DNA of 52,722 nucleotides from an uncultured Marinosulfonomonas sp. (GTDB lineage: Bacteria > Pseudomonadota > Alphaproteobacteria > Rhodobacterales > Rhodobacteraceae). This document shows, in pieces, positions 48,202 through 52,722 of the stretch. The stretch covers positions 1-52,722 of the forward strand of contig CAMZKY010000028.1 in assembly GCA_947311455.1 (NCBI GenBank), read 5' to 3'. Position 1 is the stretch's first letter; every line of letters begins with the position of its first letter. A program made the translations under genes and the position numbers. The notes beneath the pieces were generated by a model. The model was not told where the DNA came from. It made no database searches and saw only the letters and a program-made list of their open reading frames with translations.

Positions 48202-50106
48202 ATGGCAGCAATCAGTTTTCGGTCTGTTTCATCAATTTATTCCAGCCTTGGATGGCGTAAATCTTTGCTGCAATTTTTGCCGGTATTGGCGACGTTTTTC
48301 ATTGTTGCTGCATTCATTAACCATATTGATGAGATCGAGTTAAACAATTTCGGCACGATTTTTGGCCAAACATCCGCCCTGCAATGGATTGGCGCAATCA
48401 TCTTTACGGGGGTTAGTTTTTATGCCGTTGGGCAATATGACGGGGTGATTCACCGCAGTTTGAACACCGGTGTTGATCCTGAAACCGCATGGAAAAGCGG
48501 CATAACCGCGATTGCGCTGTCTCAATTTGTTGGTCTTAGCCTGATTTCCGGCGGTTTAGTCCGCATGAAGCTTATTCCGGGCTTAACGCTTGTGTCTGCA
48601 TTGCGCCTTACAACGGTGGTTGCGGTATCGTTTATGTCAGGTTGGGCGGTTTTATGTTCTGTTGCCTTTTTAAGTGTGCCAAATGCGCTGCCCATATCCT
48701 GGGTTTTGGCCGTATTGCCGATGATCGGGTTGGTCGGAGTATGCGCGGCCTCTTTATGGCAACCTAATTTTTCGCTCTTCGGGAAACAGATCAATTGGCC
48801 GCCGTTGCGATTGATCTGGAAAATCCTGGTCTTATGTGCCGCCGATACACTGGCAGCAGGCCTTGCATTTTATATGTTGCTCCCTGTTGATTTGGAAATT
48901 GGATTTCCGGCCCTTTATCTGGCCTATTTGCTATCCCTCGGGGGGGCGATCATAATGGGCATCCCCGGCGGTATTGGCGTTTTTGAGCTTACGATTTTCG
49001 CCGTATTCCCCGATCAATCCGGTGTTGATTTATTGGCGGCGTTGCTGGCCTTTCGGCTGATCTATTATGTGTTACCGGCGTTTATCGGGCTTGGTTATGT
49101 ACTACGGGCCAAACCCGGGCTTAGGAAAATTTCCACGCCGTCTGTTTCCCCCATTTTAAACGCGCCATTGCTAGATCCGGTTCAACAACATCTGGCTCAA
49201 TCGGCGCCGATTGCTGAGTTCAATCTCGTGCGTCAAGGCGGGAAAATATTGATCGAAGATCCAAACCTGCACATCGCGATTATGGCAAAACATGCCGGTC
49301 AAACCCTGATTGCACTGCGTGATCCAGCCGGCGATGACCGCGCCAAATTTACAGCTGAACCTTTTGTTTTATATAGTTTTTCAAAGAACCTTAACCTTAG
49401 TTTTTACAAATGTTCCGCCAAAACAGCCGTCCGATTGCGCGCTTCGGGGCATAAAATACTTCCGATCACCCAAGACGCATGGATCTGCCCCGCAGCCTTT
49501 ACCACAAACACCAGCACACGCCGCCAGCTAAGGCGAAAATTGCGCAAAGCAAAATCCGCCGGATTGGTAATTTTTGCCGCATCTGGATCTTTGCCTTTGG
49601 TGCAAATGCGCCGTGTATCGCAGGAATGGGTGCAGCGAAACGGCGATGAACGCGGATTTTCCATGGGCAGGTTTTGCCCGAACTACGTTCTGACCCAACG
49701 TGTCTATTTGGGATTTGCCGATGGGCGGCTGGTTGGTTTTATCACACTTAATACCTGCGCAAATGAATGGGCGCTTGATCTGATGAGAAGCGGCTATGAT
49801 GCGCCCGACGGTATCATGCATGCCTTGGTTACTGCGGCGATCAAAGATGCAAAACATCACCGCATTGAGCGATTTTCGCTTGCATCTGCGCCTTTTGAAG
49901 CGGGCCGCCTGCCCCGCGCGCTGGATCGGTTTCCCTTGAAACAGATTTACACCTTCGCGCACCAATCAAAAGCAAGTGGCGGGCTTCGCCAGTTTAAATC
50001 CACCTTTGCACCAAACTGGCAAACCCAATACCTAACGGCATCCAGCTATTGGGCCATGGGATTGGCTGCATTTGACATCTACCGCGAAATTCACCGCAAA
50101 CCTTGA
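48202..50106 (+). CDS. MprF-like aminoacyl-phosphatidylglycerol synthase (TM domain + DUF2156)
   Basis: PGGIGVFE, LLAFRLIYY, ERGFSMG, WALDLMR, DGIMHAL and GLRQFKSTFAPNW. Confidence 0.82.
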   Translation: MAAISFRSVSSIYSSLGWRKSLLQFLPVLATFFIVAAFINHIDEIELNNFGTIFGQTSALQWIGAIIFTGVSFYAVGQYDGVIHRSLNTGVDPETAWKSGITAIALSQFVGLSLISGGLVRMKLIPGLTLVSALRLTTVVAVSFMSGWAVLCSVAFLSVPNALPISWVLAVLPMIGLVGVCAASLWQPNFSLFGKQINWPPLRLIWKILVLCAADTLAAGLAFYMLLPVDLEIGFPALYLAYLLSLGGAIIMGIPGGIGVFELTIFAVFPDQSGVDLLAALLAFRLIYYVLPAFIGLGYVLRAKPGLRKISTPSVSPILNAPLLDPVQQHLAQSAPIAEFNLVRQGGKILIEDPNLHIAIMAKHAGQTLIALRDPAGDDRAKFTAEPFVLYSFSKNLNLSFYKCSAKTAVRLRASGHKILPITQDAWICPAAFTTNTSTRRQLRRKLRKAKSAGLVIFAASGSLPLVQMRRVSQEWVQRNGDERGFSMGRFCPNYVLTQRVYLGFADGRLVGFITLNTCANEWALDLMRSGYDAPDGIMHALVTAAIKDAKHHRIERFSLASAPFEAGRLPRALDRFPLKQIYTFAHQSKASGGLRQFKSTFAPNWQTQYLTASSYWAMGLAAFDIYREIHRKP

Positions 50107-50248
50107 ATTAGCCGCAGAAATTCGCCTCTCCAAACCTCTTTCATTATCATTATGACGATTTTGGGTTTGCACCCCCTCCCATCCCGTGGCATGCCACAGA
50201 TCAACAGGGCCGCCCATGGCCCATTTTGTGTTGCAGAAAGAAAAGATT

Positions 50249-51262
50249 ATGACAAACGCACTTTCAAAAATGCTTGCTGAACGGGATTGGATCCTGGCCG
50301 ATGGGGCCACGGGAACCAATCTATTTAACATGGGGCTTAGCTCCGGTGATGCGCCCGAGATGTGGAATGTTGAAAAACCGGAAAATATCCTCAAGCTGTA
50401 TCAAAGTGCTGTCGATGCCGGAAGTGATCTGTTCTTAACCAATAGTTTTGGCGGAAACGCCGCACGTTTGAAATTACACGGCGCTGAAAAACGCGCCCGC
50501 GAACTATCCCGCGTTGCCGCTGAATTGGGCCGCGAAGTGGCTGATGCCGCGCCGCGCGATATTGTTGTGGCCGGATCCGTCGGGCCGACAGGCGAAATCA
50601 TGGCGCCCATGGGCAATCTAACCCATGAATTAGCCGTTGAAATTTTCCACGAACAAGCCGAAGGCCTGAAAGAAGGCGGCGCGGATGTTTTGTGGGTGGA
50701 AACCATTTCCGCCCCCGAAGAATACATCGCCGCAGCCGAGGCCTTTGCGCTGGCCGATATGCCATGGTGCGGCACCATGAGCTTTGACACCGCAGGGCGC
50801 ACCATGATGGGTATTACCTCGGCGCAAATGGTTGATATGGTTGAGAAAATAAAAAACCCTCCAATTGGGTTCGGGGCAAATTGCGGGGTTGGCGCGTCTG
50901 ATCTGCTGCGCACAATTCTAGGCTTTGTTGCCCAAGGCACCGAGCGCCCGATCATTGCCAAAGGCAACGCCGGTATTCCGAAATATGTGCATGGGCATAT
51001 TCACTATGATGGCACACCGGAATTGATGGGTGAATATGCCTGTCTGGCACGCGATTGTGGTGCAACGATCATTGGTGGATGTTGTGGCACGATGCCCGAA
51101 CATCTGGTGGCCATGCGCGCCGCATTGGAAACCCACGAAAAAGGTGATCGTCCTTCCCTTGAAAAAATCGCCGAAACGCTGGGTGGTTTTTCGTCGGCTT
51201 CTGATGGCACAGATGGAAACGCCCCCGCACAGCGCAAAACCCGCCGTCGGACGCGCGGATAA
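50249..51262 (+). CDS. bmt: Homocysteine S-methyltransferase domain protein (Bmt; Hcy-binding part of split MetH)
   Basis: LADGATGT, TNSFG, GSVGPTG, GANCGVG and IIGGCCGT zinc ligands; start at 50249. Confidence 0.9.
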   Translation: MTNALSKMLAERDWILADGATGTNLFNMGLSSGDAPEMWNVEKPENILKLYQSAVDAGSDLFLTNSFGGNAARLKLHGAEKRARELSRVAAELGREVADAAPRDIVVAGSVGPTGEIMAPMGNLTHELAVEIFHEQAEGLKEGGADVLWVETISAPEEYIAAAEAFALADMPWCGTMSFDTAGRTMMGITSAQMVDMVEKIKNPPIGFGANCGVGASDLLRTILGFVAQGTERPIIAKGNAGIPKYVHGHIHYDGTPELMGEYACLARDCGATIIGGCCGTMPEHLVAMRAALETHEKGDRPSLEKIAETLGGFSSASDGTDGNAPAQRKTRRRTRG

Positions 51263-51380
51263 AGAAACCGGGTCGGTTGCAACATATTCTGTGTCGCAAC
51301 CAGCCATTTTGACGCAGTTAAATGCGCCATTATACACAATAACAGCCACGCCAATTCGGGCGTAAATCAGGAGCCTTGAT

Positions 51381-52082
51381 ATGTCAGACGAAGATGAAAT
51401 CATTCTGGATGAACTGAACGACGAAGAATTGACGCTTCAGATGCATGACGATCTTTATGACGGCATGAAAGATGAAATCGAAGAAGGTGTGCATATCCTG
51501 CTGAAACGCGGCTGGGAACCCTACCGCGTTCTGACAGAAGCCCTTGTGGCCGGGATGACCATCGTTGGCCATGATTTCCGCGATGGTATCTTGTTTGTTC
51601 CCGAAGTTTTACTTGCGGCAAATGCGATGAAAGGCGGTATGTTCATCTTGAAGCCGCTGCTGGTTGCATCGGGTGCGCCGCGTATGGGCAAAATGGTGAT
51701 TGGCACCGTCAAGGGCGACATCCACGACATTGGCAAAAATCTGGTTGGTATGATGATGGAAGGTGCGGGTTTCGAAGTTGTTGATCTTGGCATCAATAAT
51801 TCTGTTGACGAATATCTGGATGCACTGAAAAAAGAAGACGCCGATATTCTGGGCATGTCGGCCCTGTTAACCACCACAATGCCTTATATGAAGGTTGTGA
51901 TCGACACGATGGCCGAAAAAGGCATCCGTGATGATTTTATCATTCTGGTCGGCGGCGCGCCATTGAACGAAGAATTTGGCAAAGCCATCGGGGCCGATGC
52001 TTATTGCCGTGACGCGGCTGTGGCTGTTGAAACCGCCAAGGATTTCATGTTGCGCAAGCATAATCAGCTTGCTGCCGGGTAA
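51381..52082 (+). CDS. Cobalamin-binding (cap + B12) protein of the split methionine synthase
   Basis: FVPEVLLAANAM, GTVKGDIHDIGKNLV (DxHxxG), SALLTTT and VGGAP. Confidence 0.92.
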   Translation: MSDEDEIILDELNDEELTLQMHDDLYDGMKDEIEEGVHILLKRGWEPYRVLTEALVAGMTIVGHDFRDGILFVPEVLLAANAMKGGMFILKPLLVASGAPRMGKMVIGTVKGDIHDIGKNLVGMMMEGAGFEVVDLGINNSVDEYLDALKKEDADILGMSALLTTTMPYMKVVIDTMAEKGIRDDFIILVGGAPLNEEFGKAIGADAYCRDAAVAVETAKDFMLRKHNQLAAG

Positions 52083-52717
52083 TGCCCCTTAATAACAAAG
52101 ATCTAACAGAAAATGGGCTCGCCCCCACTGGAAACAGCGGGCGGGTTCTTTTATTGGCGTGTGGGGCTTTGGCCCATGAAATATTGACGTTGATCAAAAT
52201 AAATGGCTGGTCACATATGGATCTAACCTGCCTGCCCGCCAATTATCACCTTTACCCCGATAAAATCCCCCCCGCAATCGAGGCGGCCGTGATCAAACAT
52301 CGTGCTGATTACGATGATATTTTTGTCGTATATGCAGATTGCGGCACTGGCGGCAAATTGTTGGATATGTGCAAGAAACTAGGGGTAAACATGGTAAAAG
52401 GCCCCCATTGTTATTCGTTTTTTGAAGGAAATGAAAAGTTTGCCAAGATCGCCGAAGACGAATGTACCGCGTTTTATCTAACCGATTTTCTGGTGCGCCA
52501 GTTTGATGCCTTTGTCTGGAAGCCGATGGGATTGGATCGCCATCCCGAACTCCTGGATATGTATTTTGGCAATTACACCAAACTGGTTTATCAAGCCCAA
52601 ACAAATGACGCCAAACTTAGTGAAAAAGCCGAACAATGCGCAGCGCGCCTTGGATTGGCTTATGAGCGCCGTTTTACAGGATATGGTGATCTTGAAGCCG
52701 TCCTGGCCCCCCTTTAA
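52082..52717 (+). CDS. DUF1638 domain protein (corrinoid-associated)
   Basis: ACGALAHE, YADCGTGG, GPHCYSF and FYLTDFL; its start overlaps the corrinoid gene stop. Confidence 0.85.
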   Translation: MPLNNKDLTENGLAPTGNSGRVLLLACGALAHEILTLIKINGWSHMDLTCLPANYHLYPDKIPPAIEAAVIKHRADYDDIFVVYADCGTGGKLLDMCKKLGVNMVKGPHCYSFFEGNEKFAKIAEDECTAFYLTDFLVRQFDAFVWKPMGLDRHPELLDMYFGNYTKLVYQAQTNDAKLSEKAEQCAARLGLAYERRFTGYGDLEAVLAPL

Positions 52718-52722
52718 CGAAA

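Noticed and set aside
50107-50248. SAM or cobalamin riboswitch upstream of bmt
   Set aside because: Only short hairpins are present; I could not see a SAM-II, SAM-SAH or B12-box consensus. An Rfam scan would settle it.

Overview
Chromosomal segment of a marine Rhodobacteraceae (Roseobacter-group) alphaproteobacterium, judged from gene content and protein style. From left to right: a clade I nitrous-oxide reductase cluster (nosZDFYLX, nosZ truncated at the window edge), an alpha/beta hydrolase, bioY, purB, a decayed patch (REP-like hairpin, IS3 stub, internally deleted mttB-family pseudogene), a TAXI-TRAP transporter with an SDR, uup, an OlsB-like GNAT, msrB, a two-subunit Fdh1AB-type NAD-dependent formate dehydrogenase, an aldolase/SDR fusion divergent from a SorC/LsrR regulator, dctB/dctD-like genes, rne, tusA, ccdA, a membrane protein-P450 pair and DUF4329. 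Then come an lsrF / lsrE-like / rbsD-fucU / sugar-ABC operon divergent from mtnK-mtnA, purQSC, the ATPase zeta inhibitor, an MprF-like protein and three parts of a split methionine synthase. The most interesting element is a candidate 5-deoxyribose/5-methylthioribose catabolic system that joins MtnK/MtnA to the AI-2 catabolic enzymes LsrF and LsrE-like, with no LsrK or LsrG in the window. Its two halves (23-26 kb and 37-46 kb) share a tandem TGACAAATGTCA-like operator with 20-bp spacing and may have been separated by an inversion. No rRNA, tRNA or CRISPR array was seen. All family calls come from motif recognition by eye, not database searches.
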